A DNA stretch of 63,982 nucleotides, filler included, from Basidiobolus ranarum (lineage: Eukaryota), in the NCBI GenBank assembly GCA_040143965.1. It is 3 parts of 3 records of this genome, joined end to end, with 100 filler letters (N's around TTAATTAATTAA, not from the genome) between each part and the next. Parts side by side here need not be neighbours in the genome. Positions count along the whole stretch, not along the records: positions 1 to 23,162 come from JASJQH010000172.1; 2 more parts are not named here. The stretch is one strand, 5' to 3'. Made by a program: the position numbers and the translations under genes. Numbering within the stretch: position 1 is the first letter of the stretch; every line of letters starts with the position of its first letter. This document shows, one piece after another, positions 1 to 12,275 of this stretch. The notes below the pieces were generated by a model that was not told where the DNA came from, did no database searches, and was given only the letters and a program-made list of their open reading frames with translations.

Positions 1-1359
1 TTTTTTGAATATTTGAGATGAATTGGTATCTATGATAATTAGACGAAATATGTGATTTGCACTTATTGCATTATTGAATTGAAACAAGTATTTATACTTG
101 TGTTACAAATGAAGAAAATTAATAACAGAAGAGTACTTCTAGGGTGTTCAGGAAGTCAGGGTTAAAGGTTCAAATGCGTATAAAAATATCTATCTTTTCT
201 TAATACTTCTGATATTTGTCATATATATCCAAAATATGTGACGATTAACCAAATAAAGATCAACTATGATAAACAACGTATATGAATATTTAGGTGCTTA
301 ATTCAAATATTTCAACACAGAACACCTGTTTCTCTTCAATACTCCAAAACACTTCAATTCATCCCAAGTACATGCAACAAGCAATTTGTCAGAAAATGAA
401 CACATTGAATATTCAGCATGCTATATTGTTAGATGACCCCTATTGTAATGTAAACCCCAGTAATATATTACATAGAGCATTAAACTGTCGAATAAGCAGT
501 AAGAAAATGACAAACAGAGAGCTAGATATCTTTAAAACCAATAGTACTAAACTTGTCTACGATATCTTCAATGAATGTATCAAACACTTGAATTCTTCCT
601 ATGCTTAACCCTAACCCTAATATTGAAAATTGATAATGTTTATCCCGACTCGAGCAAGTGAGTGAGTGATTCGAATTTTTTACACAAGGTATCGGGGTTT
701 TTTTGTTGAAGATATTGCTTTTCAATCGTGATTAATTATGCTGAAATAGCTCTAATATCCAATCGAATATATATACAAATGATATGCACGTACTCGGTAA
801 TATTAGTTGTTAACGATGGAAGTTAAATAAGTAGCATTGCATATATATATAGCTATATATACTATTACACAATTGGGTATTACATAGGGTTGCATGGTAT
901 GAAACCGATGTGACAACGGTACTGGTGAGGGTAAAGAATAGATCGCATTAAGTTAGAGAGTTACAGAACCCTATTGATTGCCTTATTTGCGACATCAATA
1001 AGTAAAATTTCGCACATCTAATTAATGTAATCGATACAAGTCATTATGCATGCACCTTCCCCCTAACCCTAAAGTATGGAGTGACACCAATATTTCGCAT
1101 CCAACCAGATCGAGAGGAGAAAGGGTTGCTTGGACCACAAAACCACAAAACCAAGGAAAGGAATATGAGTGGGTTATTCTGATTAAGAATGGATTATTCT
1201 GGATTATTCTTATTTATACAAAATCAATAATTAGATACAATACATGCTGAATGCTGGTAAAGGTAAGCTATGGACTGTGAACTGCGGCGCACTTGGCCAC
1301 CCTATTCAATAAAGTGTTCCACAAGCATTGCCATCCTGTGAGATAATTCTGGCGAGATT

Positions 1360-2299
1360 TCAGTGAACCGGAGACGCAACGTGACCCTCATCGACTGTTC
1401 GCTGTGAAGGAAATCTAGTGTGGCACCAATCTTGGTTCCATTTGTTGCGCTTACTTTTGATGTGAGCTCTTCGTGGTGATTTGGACAGAGGTGACTCCAG
1501 GTTCTTTTCACTTGGTTTGCGCCCCATCAATATCAATGGATTGGTAGAGCGTTTGTATTCTTCTGAAGATTCCTGGGTGGAACCTATTTTCTGTGCATGA
1601 ATATTAGTCACCGAGGTAGCTGAGACCGGCTCATTTTCTACCGATTGTTTGGCCGTTCTTTCGTCACTAATTTCAGCAGAAAAAGATTTTTCAACCGTAG
1701 AAAAGTTCAACAGTTGGTCCGCATAGAGTTGAAGTTCGGTGACACTGACGTTCATTTGATATTGATTTAAGCGTAAAAATTCCAGTTCTAGAACATTCAA
1801 TTCTTTGACAGGTATACCTCCAACCTAAGGTTTAAATATCAAAATAAGTACGAATTCTAAAATAAGTAAGAGAGAAGGTACTTACTTTAGCATAGCGAAC
1901 ATTCGTGTAATATACATCAGAGAAAAATTTCGAGGCCACCATTATACCGACAATAACCAACCGGTGAACGTTATAAGCGTCGATGGCAAAAGGTCGTTTA
2001 TGCGGCCGAGCTTCGTCCTTAAATTGGGCCATTCTATCGAAATATACCAAAAGGGCAAGGAAACATTCATTTGAGCAGGGACAATATTTGAGTATTCTAC
2101 TTAGATACAAGTGGATATCGATATTTGGCAAGCTCTTCGCATGAAAAGGTGTATAAGAAGGACACGTGAGCGAATCTGTATTCGGATCTGTGAGAGGAGT
2201 TACAAGGTGGCTGTTCACTTTAGTAAGACGGTCCAAGAAGTTACTCAGGATTGTAACCGTGTCAGAGGTGGGGAAGTTTGCGAGATCAAAAGTTTTCAT
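1360..2299 (-). CDS. Pho80/Pcl-type cyclin, 2 exons (2299-1886, 1824-1360)
   Basis: Motifs FHAKSLPNIDIHLYLSRILKYCPC and NVHRLVIVGIMVASKFFSDVYYTN. A 61-nt GT-AG intron (1885-1825) joins YAK|VGGIPVKELNVLELEFL in frame. Confidence 0.9.
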
Positions 2300-3100
2300 G
2301 ATGGAGTGTGAAAGGGAGCAGTTGTCAAAATATAAGAGATACCAAGGATTATAGGAAATGAAATACGAGATGGAGGATGCAATCGAAAATTAAGGGATAC
2401 AGTTTCTCAAAAAAAGAGTTGTGCTCCAAGTCGGCCGACTTCAATTAAATACTAAGTTACATAGACTGCCTTGTACAAAATTGGTACTAGGGTGAATCAC
2501 AAGTGCCTCAAGTTTAATAAAAAAGGGCTACTTTAAAACAATCTCGTTATCAGGTCACCAGATAAACTTGCAGCCAACCAGCTCTGGCAAAGACACAGAC
2601 TAATGGTTAACAACCAAAGAATACTTCGAGGAAAGCATATGATTCGCTGGAGCTTAGTCAAACGAGGAATCTTCCAAAAACATGGATTGAAACACATCGG
2701 CGTAACATTTCTTCAGAACATGACTATGAGCTGATCGCACCTCATCAGCCCCTTGTTTCATTTCGCTCATTTAGCTCATTCATTCGTAGTTAATTCTGGT
2801 GAACTAACCGTAACCTGTAACCAAGGCGAGTAAGAGTTCATAGTGAATGTGAATGTAATATATACATATACGTTGCTACTCCATACGTAATTCTTACAAG
2901 AGATGAGCCATTCAAACCGGTTTGAAGTGGGTTAGGATGCTAAATATTGAAACCAAGTACGTCTGCACAAGTTACTGGTTCAGGTCAATGCAAATTTATT
3001 GAAGAGAAAGTATACGAAATAAACCTTCCGTTATGTATGTTGATGGATAATCCACAACCTTTCGAAAATATCAAAATAGGTGACGCATACAATAACATGA

Positions 3101-4012
3101 CTAACTGTAATGTGCTATCGTCTCTTTCATCACCTCAACTGCTTTATCCATTTGCTTTCTCTCTTCTTCGTTCAACCTAATATCAATGATACGCTCTATG
3201 CCATGGGTTCCAATGACAGCAGGTGTTGAGATGTAACATTGATACTTTTCATCCCAACAGGAAACAGGTCGAACCTGACACTGATGGTTCAGGATACTCT
3301 CGCATAAAGAAGATACACAGGCTCCAATTCCATAATATGTGGCCCCTTTGAGTTCAATTATTTGATATGCTTTACGTTTCACTTCGTGTGCAATAGCATC
3401 AAGATCCAAATCTTTGAGTTGTGGAAATTCCAGTAGTGGTGCTCCACCCACCGTGGCCGAAGACCAAGCGATAAACTGATGATCACCATGTTCGCCTAAT
3501 ACATAACAATGGATTGCTGTATGGTTCACTCCCAACTTCTCAGCCAATATCGAGCGTAGACGCCCGGAGTCTAGGAAAGTACCAGAACCCAATACTTGAC
3601 TATGAGGTAGGCCCGAAATCTTGTGGGTAATGTGAGCCAAAATGTCGACTGGGTTAGCCACTAGCAAGATCTTGGAATTAGGATTAATAGGTGCCATATT
3701 AGTGATAACATTTTGTAAGATAGTGCAGTTCTTCTTGATCAATTGTAGCCGTGTTTCTCCCGGCTTCTGATTAGCACCAGCAGTGATGACAATGATGTCT
3801 GCTTGTCCAGCCTCTGTGTAAGTTCCAACCTTAACATGAGAGGATGAAAGAAATAGTGAATCGGTTAAATCCAGGGTTTGTCCTTCAGCCACTTTATCAT
3901 CGATATCAACCATGAGTACAGTGGAAGAAACATTGCGTAGAATTAAAGAGCTGGCGATAGAAGCTCCTACTGAGCCACACCCAATAATTGCGATGGTTTT
4001 GTCTGCTGGCAT
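3101..4012 (-). CDS. ldh: NAD-dependent L-lactate dehydrogenase, single exon
   Basis: GCGSVG Rossmann motif, ITAGANQKPGETRL substrate loop (Gln, LDH rather than MDH type), NPVD, GSGTFLDSGR, catalytic GEHGD, KGATYYGIG. First ATG at 4012. Confidence 0.92.
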   Translation of the reverse strand: MPADKTIAIIGCGSVGASIASSLILRNVSSTVLMVDIDDKVAEGQTLDLTDSLFLSSSHVKVGTYTEAGQADIIVITAGANQKPGETRLQLIKKNCTILQNVITNMAPINPNSKILLVANPVDILAHITHKISGLPHSQVLGSGTFLDSGRLRSILAEKLGVNHTAIHCYVLGEHGDHQFIAWSSATVGGAPLLEFPQLKDLDLDAIAHEVKRKAYQIIELKGATYYGIGACVSSLCESILNHQCQVRPVSCWDEKYQCYISTPAVIGTHGIERIIDIRLNEEERKQMDKAVEVMKETIAHYS

Positions 4013-4441
4013 AGTTGGTTGAATGAGATGACTAGATAGATACTGCACTTAAGTATCTTTTTTGAGATGAAACCAAGGCTCCGAACGAAACCTGTGTGAT
4101 ACCAGTGGGAAGCATCTTATACTGTATCGTTTAATCTATATCACATTGCACACTATATTACTCATAAAATACCATAGAATAGCATAAAATAGAATGATTC
4201 AGTATGTTGGCCATAAACAGAAGCACATTTGCCTAAAAGAATCCATTATGAGGACTGGTGGGTCTTTAATAATTGGAATTCCGATTTAAAAAGCAACTGA
4301 CAAATTGAAGTGATAGGTTTTTAGTTGAATGCGGTTGTTTGGGTATGCTCGTAGTAGAGATCATCATTGTACAGTCGATTCTTGAAATGATGGCAAGTAA
4401 CACAGATCTTCTGGACATTGATTATGATGTAATGGAACAAT

Positions 4442-6264
4442 CTATTTTTTACTCTGGGTTTTGTTGAATTTGAAGAACACGATATCGCCATCTTCAACAG
4501 CATAGTCTTTGCCTTTCTGTAGGCACTTTCCGTTGGCCTTTACAGCGGCATCACTATATTGAGATGGGTGAAATGTTGGTTAATCCAGAGTCAACCGTTC
4601 CAAAAACTTGGCGTAGGACTTACGTTTTGAGAGTCTTCAGGTCTTCAAACTTGATAACCTCGGCTTTAATAAAGCCGTGTTCAAAATCAGAGTGGATAAC
4701 ACCGGCAGCCTGTGGAGCTTTGGTGTTTTTCTAGAGTTGTACGAAAGATTTAGGTCAAGCTTTGATATCACTCATCCCATTGATAAGAACATACCCGAAC
4801 AGTCCATGCACGAACTTCGTCGGTACCAGCGGTGAAGTAATAGATCAGCTGTAAAGCTTTATACCCAGCGACAATAATCTCAGGTAAAGCAGAGACAGTG
4901 TTTAATTCTTGCAAGGTCGCTCCTCGGTCCTGTTCTGAGAGTCCAGATATCTACTCAAGAGTCATTAAGCAATGTTGATTATGAAGAGCTGTGGGCTCGC
5001 TTACCTTTTCTTCAAACTCTCCACTGAAAGGAATTACCAAGTCACCGGGATGCTCTTGGTCTACCCACTCTTTAATCTTTGGAACCCTAAATAACGTTTG
5101 CCAGATTAGTTAGGATGAAAGTGCTTGGATTGGAATACATGGACAATAATTACCATTTGTTATTCTTTCCAACGTACTCAGCCTCGCTCAAATTAGCCAA
5201 GTAGATGACAGGCTTGGCGGTCAACAAATAAAGTTTGTTGATAACTTCGATCTAACAGGTAGAAGGTATTAAAACAAGAATCATCAAGTACCAACGAGTC
5301 AGGATGGAATCTATCTACCTCGGGATTCGACCACTCGCCACTTCGAACATCCTTATTCTCATTTAATACCCAGTCCATTACTTTTTTAACAGTATCCTAT
5401 ATTATATCCGGGAGGATTAGCTTGATCCACCAGTCAATTCAATTACTACACAAGTACCGCTTCTTCCTTCTTAGCTTTGTCTGCGGGGGAGGAATTGGCT
5501 CCAACACGAGTAACTTGCTTTGATATGGTATCATAGTATTTGGATAGGAATTCCATGTCTTTTAATCTGAGTTCTTCATGAATAATTTCCATATCTCTCA
5601 CGGGATTGATATCACCTTCTACGTGGATGATATCTTGGTTTTCATATGCTCTAACTACGTGCAATATAGCGTCTACTGACTTGACGTGACTTAAGAAAGC
5701 ATTCCCAAGGCCCTCGCCGGAGGCGGCTCCTTTGACAAGTCCAGCAATATCAATGACAGTTAAATATGCTGGGACTTTGGAGGCGGGTTTATAATGCTCA
5801 CATAACCAGTCAAATCGTGAGTCAGGAACTGCGACTCGAGATTCCTCTGGGTCTTTATACAAAAAAAGGTTAGCTGTCTGTGGGAAGCATTGTTTTAGAG
5901 AGACTTCTGAAAAGGTACATACCTATGGTGCAAAAAGGATAGTTCTCTGCCGCCACCGTACTATTGGTTATAGCATTGAAAAAAGTGGACTTTCTAAAGA
6001 AGGAACAGTTTAAAAAATAGAAGCATCAACTTATTGGATAAAACCCACTTACCCAACATTTGGTAAACCAACAACACCAATTTTCAAGTTATTCGAGGGC
6101 CTACCCAACAATAACTTTTCTTCAACAACACCTTTGTTTTTTCCGCTAACTTTCTTGGCCCAAATAATACGGGTGGTGGAAAATGCAGCACATTGTTGTA
6201 TATTCACAAAGTGTCTTACTGCAGGTTTTACCGACCAACGTATTCCCAATAATGCAACTTGCAT
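4442..6264 (-). CDS. OLA1: Obg-family ATPase OLA1/YchF, 9 exons, with N-terminal extension
   Basis: GLPNVGKST P-loop, [22 protein letters not shown], NxxE-type G4 (LANLSE), TGS-domain motifs [14 protein letters not shown] and [12 protein letters not shown]. Eight GT-AG introns splice in frame; stop TAG at 4442-4444. Confidence 0.92.
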
Positions 6265-7032
6265 ACTGCCTATCACTATCACTTTTCACGAAAGGGTAAG
6301 CTTGACATTGGAGCAAAATCTCAAAGTATTTCACAGTCTTGTGGCAGGCAAAAATTTCATCACCTAAATAGGATTTCTACGATATTGCGCTTCTTGATTA
6401 AACACGATTCAGAAGCTGTTTAGTGTTAAACATCATACATTGGTGTGAACAGAACATGGGGATCCTGATCAAGCCTAGTTCCTCCCTGTGTGTAACTACG
6501 TGGCTATGCGAATATCACATGATTTGATGGTTTCTGATTGACCCCCAAAATTGGATTTGAGCAAGTTCACATATATTTCCTGATCTCTTCCACCAATAAG
6601 ACATTTTGTTGATGTGAATTTTCCCCATCATTAAGTGGAAATTAAATTGATTGGCTGGCGTACGTTTACTTTTAGCAAGTACACTTACAATGATCCCCCT
6701 GCTATTAGTTAGGTTAGCCAATCTATGGACCGGGGCGAGTTCTGTGAGTGGCTGGGAATCATTCGATTTGTGATGTGGTATGGACGTTAATGATTGGCTG
6801 AAAATCGATAAGATACCAATGAACAGCGAATCCGTTCAATTGTTTATGCGTTGAATAGTCCAACCAACTTATTTGAATTGAACTAAGAGTAGATCAAAAC
6901 AAACCCATTCTGAAAGTAGATAAAAGGTCGATTAGTTCGACCTTCGCGCTTTTAACTGACGCAGCGCGTTTATTCCGCCACACTTCAACTTTCTTCTTTT
7001 CACTCCTTTTTAGGTTCTGTTCATTTTTCACC
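6265..7032. promoter_or_regulatory. Divergent intergenic region OLA1 / beta-tubulin with several CCAAT boxes
   Basis: Head-to-head genes; GATTGGCTG occurs twice (~6649, ~6792) plus other CCAAT matches; pyrimidine tract before the tubulin ATG. Confidence 0.45.
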
Positions 7033-8382
7033 ATGAGAGAAATCGTTCACATTCAAACTGGTCAATGCGGTAACCAAATTGGTAACAAATTTTGGGACAC
7101 CATTTCTGCTGAACACGGTATCGACAAGGACGGTGCTTATGTTGGTGACTCCGATCTTCAATTAGAGAGAATCGATGTCTACTACAACGAGGCCGCTCAA
7201 GGAAAGTACGTTCCCCGTGCTGTCTTGGTCGATTTGGAACCTGGTACCATGGATAACATCCGTGCCAGTGACTTGGGAACCCTTTTCCGTCCTGACAACT
7301 ACATCTATGGTCAAAGTGGTGCCGGTAACAATTGGGCTAAGGGTCATTACACTGAAGGTGCTGAATTGGTCGACTCTGTTTTAGATGTTGTTCGTAAGGA
7401 AGCCGAAGGTTGTGACAGTCTCCAAGGTTTCCAAATCACTCACTCCCTTGGTGGTGGTACCGGTTCCGGTATGGGTACTCTCCTTATTTCCAAGATTCGT
7501 GAAGAATTCCCCGATCGTATGATGTGTACTTTCTCCGTCGTACCCTCTCCCAAGGTGTCTGATACTGTCGTTGAACCTTATAACGCCACTCTCTCTGTTC
7601 ATCAATTGGTTGAGAACTCTGATTTGACTTTCTGTATTGATAACGAAGCTTTGTATGATATTTGCTTCCGTACCTTGAAGCTCACCAACCCCACCTATGG
7701 TGATCTCAATCATCTTGTTTCCAACGTTATGAGCGGTACCACCACCTCCCTCCGTTTCCCCGGACAATTGAACGGTGATCTCCGCAAGTTGGCCGTAAAC
7801 ATGGTTCCTTTCCCTCGTCTTCACTTCTTCATGGTTGGTTTTGCTCCATTGACCGCTCGTGGTTCCCAAGGATTCCAAGCCCTTACTGTTCCTGAATTGA
7901 CACAACAAATGTTCGATGCCAAGAACATGATGGCCGCTTCCGATCCTCGTCATGGACGTTACCTCACCGTTGCTGCTATGTTCCGTGGACGCATGTCTAC
8001 CAAGGAAGTTGAAAATCAAATGATCAACGTACAAAACAAGAACAGCAGTTACTTTGTTGAATGGATTCCTAACAATATCAAGACCTCCGTCTGTGACATT
8101 CCTCCTAAGGGTCTTAAGATGTCAGCTACTTTCGTCGGTAACTCCACTGCTATCCAAGAGTTGTTCAAACGTGTCGGAGAGCAATTCACTGCTATGTTCC
8201 GTCGTAAGGCTTTCTTGCATTGGTACACTGGTGATGGTATGGACGATATGGAGTTCACTGAAGCTGAATCCAACATGAACGATCTCGTATCTGAATACCA
8301 ACAATATCAAGATGCCACTGCTGAAGAATACGAAGAAGAGGAATACTATGAGGAGGAAGAAATGATTGAGGAACAACTGTAA
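7033..8382 (+). CDS. tubB: Beta-tubulin, intronless
   Basis: MREIVH start, GGGTGSG tubulin signature, [11 protein letters not shown], acidic C-terminal tail, 449 aa in one ORF. Confidence 0.98.
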   Translation: MREIVHIQTGQCGNQIGNKFWDTISAEHGIDKDGAYVGDSDLQLERIDVYYNEAAQGKYVPRAVLVDLEPGTMDNIRASDLGTLFRPDNYIYGQSGAGNNWAKGHYTEGAELVDSVLDVVRKEAEGCDSLQGFQITHSLGGGTGSGMGTLLISKIREEFPDRMMCTFSVVPSPKVSDTVVEPYNATLSVHQLVENSDLTFCIDNEALYDICFRTLKLTNPTYGDLNHLVSNVMSGTTTSLRFPGQLNGDLRKLAVNMVPFPRLHFFMVGFAPLTARGSQGFQALTVPELTQQMFDAKNMMAASDPRHGRYLTVAAMFRGRMSTKEVENQMINVQNKNSSYFVEWIPNNIKTSVCDIPPKGLKMSATFVGNSTAIQELFKRVGEQFTAMFRRKAFLHWYTGDGMDDMEFTEAESNMNDLVSEYQQYQDATAEEYEEEEYYEEEEMIEEQL

Positions 8383-8765
8383 AGATCGCCATCATTTAAC
8401 AATTTCATAGAAATGATCTACGAAATTTTACACTTTCATGTAATCATAGAATTATTTTGTGGACTTCAACCCTCATGAATAAATTCATGTGGGTCATTCG
8501 TTTTTTCTCTCTTCTACCTGTTACTAATTGAACCAACCATCCTGTATTTACACTGGTAATTTATTCCCATCACCTCTCCCAACCCATTTGTACAACTGGA
8601 TGTTTTGAACGAATAAAAAATACCGAACTTGGAATTTAGAGATGCAAATTTTTATGACCAGAATCAAGTTGATTTCTCGATGATTTTGTAGATATATAAA
8701 ATAGGATGATAAAGTAATGATGTGCAGCCGTGACTGTATGCTCTGGGAAAATGCTACAAAAACCC

Positions 8766-10149
8766 TCATCGATTTTCAAACCAAGTCAATCTATCTTGGC
8801 GTATTAACCCTAGCAGTCCATTTGCAGCCACTGAAGCACGGAATCCCGATCCATCCCGTACAATTGATACCTTAGAAGTAGAGGTGCAATTGATGAGGGG
8901 AGGTAAAGATACAAAATCCTTCGCAAAATAACCATGAAGTTTATGGTAAGTCCATTGAGCATGATAAATTTGGGAAAGTAAGTAACGTATAGTGGCTTGT
9001 GGATCAGATTTGAAGCAGGTATCTTGAGTTTCTTTAGAGAAATAAATAGTTCCCCAACTATCTGGGTTAGAGATGGTTCCAGGTAAGGTTGGAACACCAC
9101 GATTCCAGATATATTGATAACGTGAATCGAAAACTTCCACATTTACTCGTTTTCTATTCCTTTGTTCATTTTGATTGACAGTTTTGGGTGGCCAACCGGT
9201 TCTATATTTCAAATGGTGGTTAAAAAATTGTTAAATTTAGAGGTGTCATTCTTCTTTCACCTCATAAAATTGAAACCAGAGTATGGTCCTTGACTTGATG
9301 GTGCACGTTTCCAAGTAGAGCTTAGACTAGTAATAGGAATAGCCATTTCTACTGACCAAAAGGAGTTCAAAGTCGGTTTAGAATTCATGATTTTTAAAGG
9401 TTCATGCATTATTTGAACTTTTTCTGGAGTGTAGACTTTTATTTGAAATAAGTGGCCAACGTTCCAGTCAGTAACTTTCCCACCATCAGTCTCAGGTTTA
9501 CTATATTGCGTAGTTTTAACGATACCTAAAGGATTCACTTGGATTCGTTTGTAATGTTGATTCGTACGGTCTAGATCAATGTAAATCTCGAAAGTATTGT
9601 CGATGAAATCTTCAAATATCGTGAGTAAGTAGAAAGTCAAGGGAGAATATAGAGAACATACCGTTGTTCTTGTATTGTTCTAACTTGGTCACGTTAGCTG
9701 ACACGAGAGGATCAAACAAGGTGGCTCCTACATATATGAATCTATCGTCCCAAGAGATCTTTTGAAGCGAAGAGTAAGTTCACAGTACAGACACCAAATT
9801 ATCACATATGTCATACCTTGGTTCTTGTCAAAAGGTTTATAGGAACCAATGAGGTAGGGTGTAGCAAATCTTGAAAATCATCAGTGTACTGGGCATTGTT
9901 CCAAACTGGATCATCGAGCCGTCCATCAATTATGGGGGGTTGTGAGGCGTAGGGAGCGGGATAATGCTTAACAACTGGTAGCTCACAAATAGTATCCTGG
10001 CGAAGATAATTCGACAACTTTTTCTCTCGAAGAATCCCTTTTGGTAAGTTCAATTTCGGTTGAGTTTGTGGTTGCGGTTGGGCTTGTGTGTTCGATAACG
10101 TCAAGAGCTCCAACACTGATAGTGTAGTTATAGTAGTAAGAATATGCAT
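8766..10149 (-). CDS. Secreted CBM9-like (carbohydrate-binding family 9-like) protein A, 4 exons (10149-9817, 9758-9662, 9609-9261, 9201-8766)
   Basis: Hydrophobic N-terminus; PPIIDGRLDDPVWNNAQYTDDF...TK|ISWDDRFIYVGATLFDP, FEIYID, IQVNPLG, WSVEMAIP and C-terminal IRQDR match the CBM9-like pattern. Three in-frame GT-AG introns. Confidence 0.75.
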
Positions 10150-10864
10150 GTTTCGAACAGAAATCAACAATAAACTAGAGGAGAGGAACGTCAATGGATT
10201 TTTATATGCAATATCGCTCACACTGTCGCTCGTAATATTTGTACCTGGCCACTCTTTCATACATGATCAATACCATGATATAAGCGAAAGCGAATAGGGA
10301 AAGTAAATATGGAAAGTGCACCAAGCATCTGTTCCATTATTCAGAAGGTGGCTAAGGGGGTTTGGGCTGCTATTGAATCGATCACGTAATATGCACGTAC
10401 GATCTTCGATGACATTATCTACATCCACCAGATTTCTCCTATACCCCGTGCTTGCCTTGTTGTATGGTAAAAGACAGATGTAGATGCTTCGAGTGCTTGA
10501 GCTAGATCGATCGCTAGCTTGACCAGAAGTTTCAGGTTTGCTCCAACCCAAACCCTCCAATACTCGTAATGTTTATAACTATTCTCGGATTCCAGGAAAT
10601 CAAACGAATTGACAACACTGTGATGGTAATCTCTTCATCGATGGCATGCGAGTCTTATGCAAAACACTTTGGATGATCATGGACGAGGAGTACAGTGCGA
10701 AGTGGTGTATGTAAATTACACAACTCTAGAGGTTCTTTAGTTCTACATCAACCCACATCCTTCTTTTTGAACAATCCTTTTCTTCCCTCTTTTGGTTTCG
10801 ATCGTATTAAATACCTATTGCAATATATCCAGAAGAAATATATGATAAAGAGACCGAACATAAA

Positions 10865-12275
10865 ATGAACTTGCAACTATTGTGGTATACACTTTGTGTA
10901 TTTTCTATCTGGACAACTAAAATATCGGGTGAATGTATTCTTCCTACAGTCAGACATTACGCTATACCTGCCACTTTCACTCCACCTAAAATAGATGGGA
11001 ATATAAATGACCTAGAGTGGGCCAACGCCCCATGGACTGAAGAGTTTGTGGATATTTTAGATTTACCGAAGGCCGCCATTTCTCCACCTTTAAAAACCCG
11101 AGCTAAAGTGAGCAGAGAAAAGAAAACATTTACCATATATTATTATCTCTGACCACTGACTCTGGAATATTTATTAGATGCTTTGGGATGACGAATTCAT
11201 CTATGTAGCTGCTCAATTATTTGATCCATTTATCGTAGCCAATCTTACTGTAATGCCAGAGTTACAAGGTAAGTTCTTCAAAAGTCAACTGATTCCGAGT
11301 CACCACATTTACATGGTCCAACATTATACCGAGTATTTAGATATGTTCGAGAATACTTTTGAAATGTTAATCGACACAGACCGTACTCATCATCAACTCA
11401 AACGGATTCAAATCAATCCCCTAGGGATTCGTCGTAGTATACAATATGATAAGCCTCCTATTGATGGAGGTATAGCTTCAGTTTGGAAAATGGATTCCAA
11501 ATTTGAGTCAGCGGTTTCCAATACTAGTGAGGTACATCAACTGGTGAATGGAGCATTAAATAAAGTCATTGATATAGCGACCGGGTTGGATACACAAAGT
11601 CTATGGACGATAGAATGGGCCATACCCATTAGTTCCTTAAAACCAAGAACCAAACGAGAAACCCATTCCGCTCCACCTTATTCAAGTTTTCAATTTTTAC
11701 GGTAAGTTATTTGGATTATTTATGGAAAAAGCCCTCACTTGGAACTTAGATTTCTTTCTCATATTTTAATGATTATAAGTTCCGGTTGGCCACCTACTAT
11801 GAGCCCCAGTCCCGAAGATTCCGAATTAAAAGCACGCAAACGACGACGTCGATATATCAATCCAGCCATTGAAAGGTTAATCCCACGATCACCCTATTTA
11901 CAGGCCTGGTCACCGGCTGTTGAGGAAGAGATGTTAGAACCTGAAACCTGGGCTACTATAGAATTTTTACCTTTAAATGGGACATCCAACCTGGAAGGGG
12001 ACAGTTCATATCCACGTTTGGAATCACGAACAAGGTTCACGCTAATGCAAATCTATCGAGCGCAAAAGGAATTATTTGAAAGGATTGGTAGCTACACGGA
12101 TATATTATCGGAATTAAATATAAAAGGGCCACCACTTGGTGAATGCTCGGATATTCCCATCATTGAAATCAAAGAAGGCGGTACACGATATGAGGTGAAA
12201 ATTTACCTTACTAATGGTAGTGGAAGAGTAGGTCATATTAGACAAGATAGATATCTATGGTTCGATACAGAATGA
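10865..12275 (+). CDS. Secreted CBM9-like protein B, 4 exons (10865-11107, 11178-11268, 11341-11701, 11780-12275)
   Basis: Signal peptide; PPKIDGNINDLEWANAPWTEEFVD...AK|MLWDDEFIYVAAQLFDP, IQINPLG, WTIEWAIP, IRQDRYLWF. Same three intron positions as paralog A. Confidence 0.75.

Noticed and set aside
7162..8376. Long antisense and alternate-frame ORFs over beta-tubulin
   Set aside because: Expected shadow of strong codon bias; no protein-like features.
8469..8494. Small hairpin in the beta-tubulin 3' region (ACCC-T-CATGAAT-AA-ATTCATG-T-GGGT)
   Set aside because: Short and AT-rich with a 2-nt loop; it overlaps an AATAAA but could be chance.
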